From assembly GCF_001194135.2 (NCBI RefSeq), contig NC_069007.1:5575294-5639293 (forward strand): 64,000 bases of DNA. The letters run 5' to 3'. This DNA comes from Octopus bimaculoides (lineage: Eukaryota). Position 1 is the first letter of the stretch. Every line of letters starts with the position of its first letter. The notes under the pieces were generated by a model. That model had not been told where the DNA came from. It made no database searches and worked only from the letters and a program-made list of their open reading frames with translations. Shown piece by piece: positions 24,321 through 35,259 of the stretch. The translations under genes and the position numbers were made by a program.

Positions 24321-26705
24321 ACATATAGATATATATCAACAGTATTTTCACAGATAAAATGCAACATCAATGAAAATAAAGAAATTAACAAATCACGTTA
24401 CTTAAAGAGTTACATTATGCAATTTAAAGTAAAAATGATAAAGTGTTATTAACTTCACGACTGATATAATAAAAACTGATATTTATACTTTATATAGATT
24501 GCCTCAGATAAAACAAAAGACAGAAAAATACAAACAAATAATAATAAAAACTATAATAGAGCAACTAATTTGTTTGCTCAGTCATAATTTCGAAAATAAA
24601 TCGTATGTTTAAACGACTGTGATAAGGTAAATTTTTTCAAATTTTGGAAAATTATAGTTAAACAGTAAATTTGAGAATATCTAAATCAAATATAAACGAG
24701 CATTCTTGATGTTGTCATTGTTGGTGGTGTTGTTAGTGGTGGTAATAGAGTTGTTCTGTTGTTAATGTATTGATAATGGTGATTGTGTAGATGCACCGAG
24801 TTTCACCACCAAAAGACTCATTAAGTTTTGGTGATTTGTTGATAATTTTAGTGAGCAAAATAGGATATTGCTGTTTAGGAATGTAAAGAAGTTTGCCATA
24901 AGTATTGATCGATTGTTATCTTACAGTGGCTGGTTCAAATCTTTATTAGGAATTCAGTGAATTTAGATATAATAATGATTTCCTTATAACTAATCTGGTA
25001 AGTATGGAAACGGTTTTGTTTTTTGTTTTTTTTTCTGAGGAAGTCAGATAAAATAAGACTGAAACATGTCAGAAGTTGTTGCCCATATTAAGCAAGATCA
25101 GGGCAAGTGTTTTCTATTACAGCTGAAAGCCGACCAAGGTACTGTGAGTGGATTTTGCAGATGGGTGTCATTCGTTTCCCGTCTTCAGTGAAAATATATC
25201 CAAAAGTGAGGAAAATATTTCCTTACTTAGAAACAGATGAGTGTTAGTGACAGGAAGAACATTCAGCCAAAGAAAATCTACCTCAAGGAATTCTACTCGA
25301 CCTGAGAAAGCATGGAAGTGAAGACACTAAAAACGATGATGATAATAGGATAATGAAGATGATGACAATGATGACACTTTCCATAAATTTTTATCTTCAA
25401 ATTCAAAACAGTTTTCCTTAAAATTCCATATCAAGTGTACCAATAATCTCAAGTTCTCTATGCAAAATGCTCCGGTTAATTTTTCTTTTTCCATCTCTTT
25501 TTTTTTTGTTTTTATTTTGATTCCCACTGTGCTACAAAGTCAAAATTATCAAGACCCCCTGACCTAAGCAAGCAACAACACTAACAACAACAACAACAAC
25601 AACAACAGCAGTAGCTATACTATGAAATTTTCCAAGTCATGAAGATATCTGTTTTGTAATTGGAAACAAAACAAAACAAATTAAAAAACAAATGCAATGT
25701 TTATTTCAGAAAACTAAAATGGTTTTTTGGAATGCATAACATTGGCGCCCCACAGATTAGTACTTAATAGATTTTAAAGTTTGTTGAAAATTTTCTTTAA
25801 TCAGCGTCTCCACCATCCTCCGTTCTACTTTATGTTCTGAGTCTGATTGAGAGCAATTGGTGCGATTGACCTAAAGCTATCGTTGTTGGATAAACACTTA
25901 CTTCTCAAGTAACAAATAACTCGAAAAAAAAAAACAACGAAAAAAACATAGATGTTAACTGACTGATATCTATTAAAATTATCGATCCCCATCTCTACAC
26001 CACCATCACCACCACCATCATTACGACTACAACCAGTAGCATCACAAATGCTATTGCTGTTCTTTCTTTTGTTTATTTTGTATTCTTTTATGCTCTGAAA
26101 GATAACCAAAACTGAGAAAATTACCAAAATATTTTTATTATTTTTTTCTTGTTTTTTTTCCTTGTCTAATTTCAACGCTTCAGACTTTGTATACGGCTGT
26201 CAACCACTTTGTTTGAAGATTTCTTCTTTCTTTCTTTTTAAAATGTATACTTACAATGTTTTCTTTTCTTTTTTTTAGTCAAAAACCCATTATTTTAAAC
26301 TTATAATTTTGTATACCAATATCTTTTATCAGTCAAATGAATTCTATCCTTCTCTCTCTCTCTCACTCTCTCTCTCTCCCTCTCTCTCTCTCTCCCTCTC
26401 TCTCTCTCCATCTGTTAGGGAATCAGTCAAAAGTAAACTTTTATCAATCAAAACTAAACTTCTCTTGTTCTTACAAACTGGCAGAAACGTTAACATACTC
26501 GACAAAATTCTTTGCCACATGTCTTCTAATGTTTCCTCCTGAAGCCAACTGTATCTTTTATCCTTCTGGGAGTCAGTTAAATAAAGTTCTATTCAAGTAC
26601 TAGGACCTATGTAATCAACTGTCCCCTTCACCATAAAATTTCAGGTCATGTGCCCAAGTAGAAAGAGTTATTATTATTATCATTATTATTATTATTATTA
26701 TTATT

Positions 26706-27168
26706 GAGTGAGAGAGCTGTGTATGCCATCAAAGTGACACTGGGGTAAAATATACGAAGCCCAGTATACCCATCATACCCATCATGACTACCCGTCTGAT
26801 AAGGGTACACCAGGCACATGCATCACAACCATATGTGCATGACATGACGATCTCATATCATGATAAACAGCACATGACCTCGCAGGTGGGGCCCAGTTAG
26901 AATTTTCTTCAGGTCGAGTAGCCCATCCTGCTCAAAAGGTCCCTGAATAAGGTCTGTTTACGGATGTTCAGCAAAACACCCATGTTTCCAAAGGTGAATT
27001 ATTAAAACCCCAAAGAATTTCTCTCAACACATGGCTATGATGCTCCCCCACTACTTCTGCTCATGATCAGAGATGCACATATCGTCAGCCACCAAGGGAC
27101 ATGCTCAACTGGTTAAGGTCAAACAACTGACAAGCAAATCTGTGGTATTGAGCAGAATATTTGCTGTA
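26706..27168 (-). mobile_element. Family G, longest copy
   Basis: gagtgagagagc...gtacaccaggcacatgcatcacaacc...ggtccctgaataagg...gagcagaatatttgctgta, abutting (ATT)n at left; no A/B boxes or ORF recognised. Confidence 0.88.
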
Positions 27169-27544
27169 TTTTATACCAAGACAAAACAGTGTCCATGATA
27201 ACACTTCCAATTCTTTAAGATCAGAAGCCATGAGAGCCACTGCCTGTATCATCATCATCATCATCATCATCATCATTAATATTATCATTATTATTATTAT
27301 TATTATTATTAAAGTGATGAACTGATAGATTATTAGTGCTAAACAAAATGCTTAGTGATATTTCTTTCATTCCCTTACAATATAAGTTCAAATTCCACTG
27401 GGGTTGAATAACTTTCATTCTTTTTGGGGTCAATAAAATAAGGTACCACTTGAGGACTGGAGTTGATGTAATCAAATTACCCCACCCCTCAAAACTACTG
27501 GTCATCAGCCTAAAAGCCAATAAATAATTATTATTGTTAAGAAT

Positions 27545-27760
27545 CATTGGATGGCAAGCTGACAGAATCATTAGCATGCTGGGAAAAATGCATAGTGGTA
27601 TTTCATCTGTCTGTATGTTTTGGGTTCAAATTCCACCTAAGCTCACTTTGTCTTTTATCTTTTCATGGTAAATACAAGCCGAACATTGGGATTGATGGAA
27701 TCGATTAACCCACTCTTTGAAATTGCTAGCCTTGTGCCAAAATTTGAAACCATTATTAAG
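27545..27760 (+). mobile_element. SINE family F, diverged (one of many fragments at 27.3-29.3 kb)
   Basis: ggcaagctgacagaatcattagca...gggttcaaattcc...ctttgtcttttatc...aattgctagccttgtgcc. Confidence 0.7.
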
Positions 27761-27964
27761 AATCATTAGAATGCTGATAGAGATGCCTTTAGTATTGTTT
27801 TTCCTTATTTTGTTCTGAACTTAAAACCCAGGGAGGTCAAGATTACATTCCTTATTTCAGAGTTGATAAAATAAAGTACCAGTAATAAACTATGAGCCTA
27901 GTCTATGTCATTAACCGTTCCTGCCACTCATTACTGCCGGCTTTGTCCATAAATTAGGACCAGT

Positions 27965-28725
27965 TCTAAGGCATGCCTTCCTGCAGCTCATTACATTGTT
28001 GGGGCTGCAGTCCTGGGTCACAAAGAGGCCAAGTTTGGCCACCTGACACATGGAAGGCAGTCGGGCACACACTGCCCTCCATCAGTCAAGCTACATGGTT
28101 GGTGGAAGTTCTATGTTGGTAATATATAGAAATCTAGCAGTGGTTAAATGTGATGATGTTCTTGGAGAAACTCTAGGTGTTCACAGGAATGAACTAGCTG
28201 ATCTGTTTTGGAGGCCTTTGGGGATCAGTACTATCATGGATAACTTTGAGAAATCCCTGGCTTTGAGGAGTGTTGCTGGTTTGAGATAAACTCAACAGGC
28301 ACAGAAGTGCTGCCAGGCAGGACTGTCCAAGATCCATGCAGAGTGACAAAATCGTTCTGCACTCACTTGTGCAGTGATTGAGTATTGCTGATGTGTGGAG
28401 TTATGTCAAGCAGTTGTCACATGTGGGAGAAATCCAATGATCAGCTGAATCCAGTGTGAGGATCGCCCCATCTCCAAAGCAGGGCAGGTGATGTTCTGTT
28501 ATCCAGTGGCTATGATGAAAGAGATCGTGTGGTGGATGAAGCTGAAAGGATTGAGGAAAAATACTTTCCTCTTTGGTCAAGGCCTCATCATCAATTTTTT
28601 AAAGTTCCATTTGAAAAGGAAAGTGAGGGAGGAAAGGTAAGTGCTCTCTCTCTCCCAATGAATTTGTGGAAAGACAGGTGACTGTTGCAAAAATGGTTAG
28701 GGTGAATGGGTCTACTCCAAGTAGA
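27965..28725 (+). pseudogene. L1/Tx1-type LINE ORF2 C-terminal fragment (decayed zinc-knuckle region)
   Basis: MDNFEKSLA... then CPRSMQSDKIVLHSLVQ*LSIADVWSYVKQL (decayed CPRC..E..H.L..C) and FHLKRKVREER...VAKMVRVNG; many stops and frameshifts. Confidence 0.62.
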
Positions 28726-29056
28726 TGCCTGTTGATTGGAGAGCAACAGTTTGATGCAGGTTCATGCCTTTGGTGATCAGGGTAATCCTAGGGTCTGTGA
28801 GGTTCCTTGATTGGTCCCAGTTGGAATTTCTCCTGTATCATTCGTGTTATCACAAACTTTGTATACTATACATACTTCTAGTTTACATTCTGAGTTCAAA
28901 TCCTGCAAAAGTCAACTTTGCCTTTCATCCTTTCGGCACCGAGAAAATAAGTACCAACCAAGCACTGGCGGTCAAAATAACCAAGCAGCCTACTAATCAC
29001 TACTAACCTGCTGCTAATCAACTAACCGATTCCTCTTTGGCCAAAATTTGGATACA

Positions 29057-29174
29057 AGAGTGTGAGCTGTCCAACTCACTGGACACAATAGAATAAATAG
29101 AGTGTGAGCTGTCCAACTCACTGGACACAATAGAATAAATAGAGTGTGAGCTGTCCAACTCACTGGACACAATA
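29057..29174. repeat. Perfect 42-bp tandem repeat x2.8
   Basis: agagtgtgagctgtccaactcactggacacaatagaataaat starting at 29057, 29099 and 29141 (last copy partial). Confidence 0.97.
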
Positions 29175-30154
29175 CTTGTTAGCTTTACTTCTGGGTCATT
29201 ACATTCTGAGTTTGAATTCTGCCAGGGTCAATAGAATGAATACCAGTTAGGTACTGGGGGTCAATGATGTAATCGACTGGTCCCTTTCTCTAGAATTTCA
29301 GGCCTTGTGTGTAACTACTAATTACCCATCTAACCAATTAATTAAATTGATTGTTTGATTAATTGTCTACTCACTCAATCAATCAGCTAGTGTGATCAAA
29401 GGACTTTTGATAACTTACGTGGCATTATCAATGACAAGCTCTCTCTATACCAAATCTGATTGGGGCTTGATCATTGTTCTCTTAGACTGGCCTTTTTTTT
29501 AATTATTTTTTTTCTATTAACTTATTACGTGTATCATTCTGAAGTTGATAAAATAAAGTATCGGCAAAAAGCTGAGTTGATTTATATATTCTGATAATGC
29601 AGATCACAAAACTGCTGCTGGTGAAGTACAAAAAGCGGTAAAAAGTATGAAAATTTCTTTAGACTTTATCAAAGATTAAAAAAAAAAACGGAAATATTTT
29701 GGACACCTAATTTGAAAACATGTCTCACAAAAGAGAGAGAAAGAGGGGAAGGAAACAGAGAGGGGGGGGGAGACAGTGAGTGATATCAGAAAGTAAAATG
29801 GATGGGAAAAGAGAGAAGGAAAGGTGGTAGGAAGAAGAATTATTTGGATGATATGAAGAACTGGACAGATTTAAAATACGGAGAATCTATAATAAGGATA
29901 TCAGAAGGAAAAATTCAGATAGCAATCCATGGCATTCACCCTGCTGAGTGTAGATGACACATGATGATGATGAGGATGATGATGATGATGATGATGATAA
30001 TGACGATGGTGGTGATGATGATAATGATGATGATGATGAAAGTGGTGATGATGATGATGGATGCCTTGTAGATGTGAAAGGAATTACATCAGAAGAAAAT
30101 ATCTGTGACATTCTATGGAATGGAATTAATAATATTTTATTATTATTATTTGTT

Positions 30155-30220
<66 letters not shown>

Positions 30221-30634
30221 ATGGCAGTAATAAGAATAATATGTAAAAGAAGAACAAGAACCACCAGAACAACAACAACAACAACAGGAATTGAGTATTT
30301 GATTGCTCGTTTGATGGAGAGAGAGAGAGGGAGAGAGAAATCATTATATTTGATTGACAAAAATGGTATTGCATTACAAAATTGTAAGTTTAAAATAATG
30401 GGCTTTTGATTCCAGAAAATGAAAAACAAAACAACAGCTAAAAAAAAAAAAAAGGTAAAGACAGCAGAGAAGATCTTAGGAAAAAAAAAGAATTGGTTGA
30501 CAGATGTATGTAAAACCTGAAGTGTTGAAATTGGACAACAATAAACAAAAAAGTAAATAAAAGAAATGGTAATTCTTCCTGTCTTAAATATCTTTATCAT
30601 CATCGTCATCATCATCATCATCATTATTATTATG

Positions 30635-30815
30635 AAGGTGGTGAGCTGGCAGAGTGGTTAGCATGCTGAGCAAAATACTTAGCTACCTTCTGAGTTCAAA
30701 TTCTTCCAAGGTCTACTTTGCCTTTTATCCTTTTGGGGGTTGATAAATTGAAACACTGGGGTCGATGTAATCAACTTTACCCCTTAATTTCAGGCCTTGT
30801 GCCTTTAGCAGAAAG
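30635..30815 (+). mobile_element. SINE family F
   Basis: ggtgagctggcagagtggttagca...ctgagttcaaattc...ctttgccttttatcc...ctggggtcgatgtaatc...ggccttgtgcc...(att)n. Confidence 0.8.
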
Positions 30816-30823
30816 GATTATTA

Positions 30824-30854
<31 letters not shown>

Positions 30855-31099
30855 CATTATTATTATTATCATTATCATCAGCTTTCAATTCTGTTCCCAT
30901 TTCTTGCAGAGTGTCTTCCTAACACCTAGGGCAGAGAAACTCACTGTCTACATTGGTAGGCCATTAAAATAAAGACACCAGATTGTTCATTTACAAAGTG
31001 ATGTGATAGAGAAGAAAGGGAAGAAAGCCAGAGAGAAAAAGGGAAAAAATAAAAAAATAGAAAAGTAAACAAATAAAATAAAGGGGGGAAAAAGGAAAG

Positions 31100-31470
31100 A
31101 AAATTCACAGCGAGACAATTCTCTTCTCAATACGTATGACCTACCAGTTAAGACAATCTTTTGTACTTCTTGCATGGTAATCCAGGCATCATTCTCAAAT
31201 AATTTTCAGTCCCCTGTTTTTGATCATTTCAAGTGCTCCTACAATCACTGGTATTGTAACGATCTTGCGATGCTACATTTTTTTCAAATTCAATCAGCAA
31301 TTTTTAAGATATTTTCTGAGCTTATCAAACTCTTTTGCTGAGATATTGTGATCACAAAGCACGCTCATGTCGATCAATAGACAGACTTTATTGTTTTGGT
31401 CTTTCATAACAACATCTGGTTTATTAACTTTGATGGTTTGGTTTGTACATACTGGAAAACAGACACTGAA
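31100..31470 (-). pseudogene. R4/Dong-clade LINE restriction-like endonuclease (PD-(D/E)xK) C-terminus
   Basis: TNQTIKVNKPDVVMKDQNNKVCLLIDMSVLCDHNISAKEFDKLRKY...IPVIVGAL...EVQKIVLTGRSYVLRRELS matches the 'N+PD+V...LID..P...KE.EKL.KY...P+V+GALG...+QK..L.GT...LRK.L' signature. Confidence 0.8.
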
Positions 31471-31544
31471 TGATGATGATGATGGTGATGATGATGATGA
31501 TGACGATGGCGATGATGATGATGACAACAACAAGTGTTAGTTCT

Positions 31545-31990
31545 TTTGATACTAACCCATCTCAGTCTCTAACTAGTCCCATGATACAAATTTTTGGTTC
31601 TTAACTTGATTTTATTTAAAGCTTTCCAACAAAATTCCATGTTATGTTCCAAACATCAACTTAATAATGACAGTTATTTTACAAAATTCTTCATCATTTT
31701 CAAAATCAATTGAAACAAAGACAGTTTATCTCAACAGAAATACGGTAACAAAAGAGCTAAAACCATTCAGATGCCAACCTCCCTGAGGCTGCCTCAAGAT
31801 CTATAACACAAATTCCACCTTACTCTAACCTAAATTAAGACTGCCCTTCAAAATTTCATGTTAATTTATTTTCCAAACACCAGCTTAATGACAAAATTAT
31901 TTTACAAATTTCTTCATTATTTTCAAAATTAATTTGAACAAAGGTAGAATATTTCATCAGAAATATGGAATATGCTGACAAAAAAGTTAA
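31545..31990 (+). mobile_element. Two head-to-tail TTAA-type MITE units, decayed
   Basis: Two ~220-bp units homologous to 11755-12240, ending caacagaaatacggtaacaaaagag and ...aaaaagTTAA. Confidence 0.6.
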
Positions 31991-32156
31991 AATTGAACAG
32001 TTTTAAATGAAGCAGGTTTTTAAAATTAACAACTGGTTTTCATTTTAAGAAAAAAAATCTTGAATTGATATTTTAATCTGCGAAGTAAATTCACCATAAT
32101 ACTTGTGTTTCTCTTATAAAACGACAGAAAAATATAATCTAGCAGGATTGGAACAT

Positions 32157-32314
32157 AGGCATGGCTGTATGGTAAGAAGCTTGCATCCCAACTCCATGGT
32201 TCCAGGCTCAATCCCAATGCATGGCATATTGGACAAGTATCTTCGACTATAACCTCAGGCTGACCAAAGCCTTATTAATAGATCTGATGGATGGAAACTG
32301 AAAGAAGCCCATCG

Positions 32315-32356
<42 letters not shown>

Positions 32357-32570
32357 TGTCTGAGTTTCTCCCTCACCACCTCCACTTGACAGCTTGTGTT
32401 GGTTTGTATACATCCCTGTAACATAACAGTTTGGCAAAAGAAGTCAATAAAATCAGTAGCTGGCTTAAAACAATAAGTCCTGATGTCAATTTGTTTGACT
32501 AAAACCCTTCAAAGAGGTGCCCCAGTATGGCCACAGTCAAATGACCGAAACAAATAAAAGATAAAAGATA
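32157..32570 (+). mobile_element. SINE family A, old CpG-depleted copy
   Basis: Full head-body-tail; ccctgtaacataacagtttggc where young copies have ccccgtaacttagcggttcggc. Confidence 0.85.
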
Positions 32571-32772
32571 ACAGGTTTTGAACACAGGCATGGCTGTGTG
32601 GTAAGAGGCTTGCTTCTCAACCACATGGTTCCAGGTTCAGTCCCATTGCATGGCACTTTGAACCTTGGGCTGACCAAAGCCTTGTGAGTGGATGTGGTAG
32701 ATGGAAACTGAAAGTTCATCATATATATATATATCCATATATATACATATATATATTTATGTGTGCGTGTAT

Positions 32773-32897
32773 CTTTGTAAGCCTAGTACTTATTCTATCA
32801 GTTTCTTTTGCCGAACCGCAAAGTTACGGGGACGTAAACACACCAGCATCGGTTGTCAAGCGATGTTGGGCGGACAAACACAGACACACAAACATAT

Positions 32898-32944
<47 letters not shown>

Positions 32945-33100
32945 TATATACGACGGGCTTCTTTCAGTTTCCGTCTACCAAATCCACTCACAAGGCTTTG
33001 GTCGGCCTGAGGCTATAGTAGAAGACACTTGCCCAAGGTGCCACGCAGTGGGACTGAACCCGGAACCATGTGGTTGGTAAGCAAGCTACTTACCACACAG
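32773..33100 (-). mobile_element. SINE family A, young, tail missing
   Basis: Reverse complement of head and body of the 61590 copy. Confidence 0.9.
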
Positions 33101-33876
33101 CGTCTCCTGAACCTTTGCTCAAGAATACTATGCATTCGCACTTCCCAGTCTGAGAATCGAAACTATAATCTTGCAATCACAAGTGTAACACTCTTACCAC
33201 CAGACCATCTTCACCAAATAAATACTGACTGGCTTAAAATTCAATGCTCCACTGGTTTCAGACAGTTTATTGTTTCTGGAGACAAAGTGACTAAATTGTG
33301 GCTGTCAATTTCGACCATTTTCTTTAAAAACCAGTACATTGCATTAAAAATTAATGTTTACAAAATAACTTTGTAAATTAAAATATTAATTAATGATTTT
33401 TATTACTGTTTTTGGTTAAATAGAAAGCTATGCAATTATGAAAACATACTTCGTTTAAAACCGTTTAATTTTAATTAAGTGTTTTCAGTGACAGGATAAT
33501 TATTATTTATGCATTTATTTTGTTTAATTATTTTCCATTGTTATTTAACCTCCACACATCTTAGCTCAGATTGAGCAAGATTGCTTCTCATCGGATGATC
33601 AGAGGTGTTCCAGCTATAACCTTACCATTTAAAAAAATTTTTCATTGTAAATTATCATCACCATCATCACCATCATGATCGTCATCAACACCATAACCAT
33701 CGATGTCATCTTCGTCACTTCCATCATCATTGTCATCATCATCATTATTATCATGATTGTCATTGTTGTCATCGCCATCATCATCATCAAGACCATCACC
33801 ATTGTTGTTGTCATCGCCACCACCGCCGCCATTATATATATATAATCACCATCATCAGTTAACATCCTTCTTTCTA

Positions 33877-34952
33877 TTAGGTCATCCCATAAATAATGTT
33901 TTTTTTATACTTCTTATTTTTATTTTTCCAAATTCAAATAAACGAAGTTCTTTTTTAATCTGAAATATACTCTCCTTCGTTTTATACAATGTTCTTCCAT
34001 TTATTTGGTAGACTTGTAAGGCCCTTCTTCCAAAATTCCCTTGTACATCATCATCGTTCATCATCGTTTAAATGTCCGCCTTCCATGCTAGCATGGGTTG
34101 GACGATTTGACTGAGGACTGGTGAAACCGGATGGCAACACCAGGCTCCAATCTAATTTGACAGAGTTTCTACAGCTGGATGCCCTTCCTAATGCCAACCA
34201 CTCAGAGAGTGTAGTGGGTGCTTTTACGTGTCACCCGCACGAAAACGGCCACGCTCAAAATGGTGTCTTTTATGTGCCACCCGCACAAGAGCCGTAATGT
34301 AAAATACTCCTCCAGTACTGTTCTGACTTTGTCTGCAGAATTCATATTTTTTCTGTCCAAATGACTTTGAAGACTACGGAATAAATAATAATCAGATGGG
34401 GCCATGTCCAGCAAATATGGTGGGTGGGGCATTATTTCCTCTTCAAACTGCTCCAGCCTTTGAAATATCATCCTCACTGTATGTGGCTAAGCATTATCCT
34501 GATGGAAGAACACCTTTCATCTTGAAACCAAAGATGGTCGTTTTTCTTCTAGCATTGCTCACAGTAGATCTCCCTTGTTATTGTTTGGTTTGGGTTGAGG
34601 CTCGTCTTCTAGGTTTTAGTTTCCAGCTTGGAATTCCTGGAACCGCCTTTGACACTTGCTTATGCTATTTGTCCAATCCCCATATACTGCATTAATATTC
34701 CTCACATTTTCCATTGCGTTGTTGCCTTTATTGAACTCATAAAGCAAAATATACAAAATATGCTCCTTTGTCACTTCCATTACAGCTTTGAAAAAATAAA
34801 ACTGCACTTGTCAAAACTCGCACTAAGAATAAGTACCAAATAAAATTACTACCTGGTTTTATAGCAAATTGATGCAGGTAGTTTATCCCATCCTCCTCTG
34901 TCTTTTATTTCATGCAATTGAGAAAAACCACATTATTTATGGGATGACCTAA
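33877..34952 (-). mobile_element. Mariner (DD34D) transposon, internally deleted, both TIRs and TA TSD intact
   Basis: Perfect 23-bp TIRs ttaggtcatcccataaataatgt (33877-33899) / acattatttatgggatgacctaa (34930-34952), TA on both sides; MEVTKEHILYILLYEFNKG N-terminus (ATG 34778-34780); HQDNA...YLLDMAPSD with 34-residue spacing; EFWKKGLTSLPNKWK C-terminus. Confidence 0.92.
34045..34291 (-). mobile_element. Family C (RTE tail) inserted into the mariner C-terminal coding region
   Basis: Splits mariner ...EEYFTLR | (T)REFWKKG...; (cat)n tail at left. Confidence 0.9.
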
Positions 34953-35202
34953 TATATTGGCTTGTGTTGAGCAGTTTGATAAAAACATATAAGCTAGAGG
35001 GTTCTGCCAGGTTCCATATCTGCTTTGGCATTGAATTCTACAGCTGGATGCCTTTCCTAACACCAACCACCTAACAGAGTGTACTGGGTGTTTTTTATAT
35101 GACTTCAGCAACCGTCAGGTACATGGCAATGTACCTGCAAGCTAAGACCCCCACCCCACCCCCAATTGAGCAGGGTATAGAATGGAGGGAGATGAAACTA
35201 GG

Positions 35203-35259
<57 letters not shown>

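Noticed and set aside
24878-24892. 15-nt match to miR-1 (ggaatgtaaagaagt)
   Set aside because: No complementary star arm upstream to form a pre-miRNA; context resembles a decayed SINE A head (gtggtaagaagtttgc).
29057-29174. CRISPR-like palindromic repeat array
   Set aside because: The intervening segments are identical (no unique spacers), there are no cas genes and the context is eukaryotic; kept as a tandem repeat.
29887-30624. 245-aa and 151-aa ORFs with poly-T/S/D/V; similarly 57082-57883
   Set aside because: Trinucleotide-repeat translations with no domain content or splice support.
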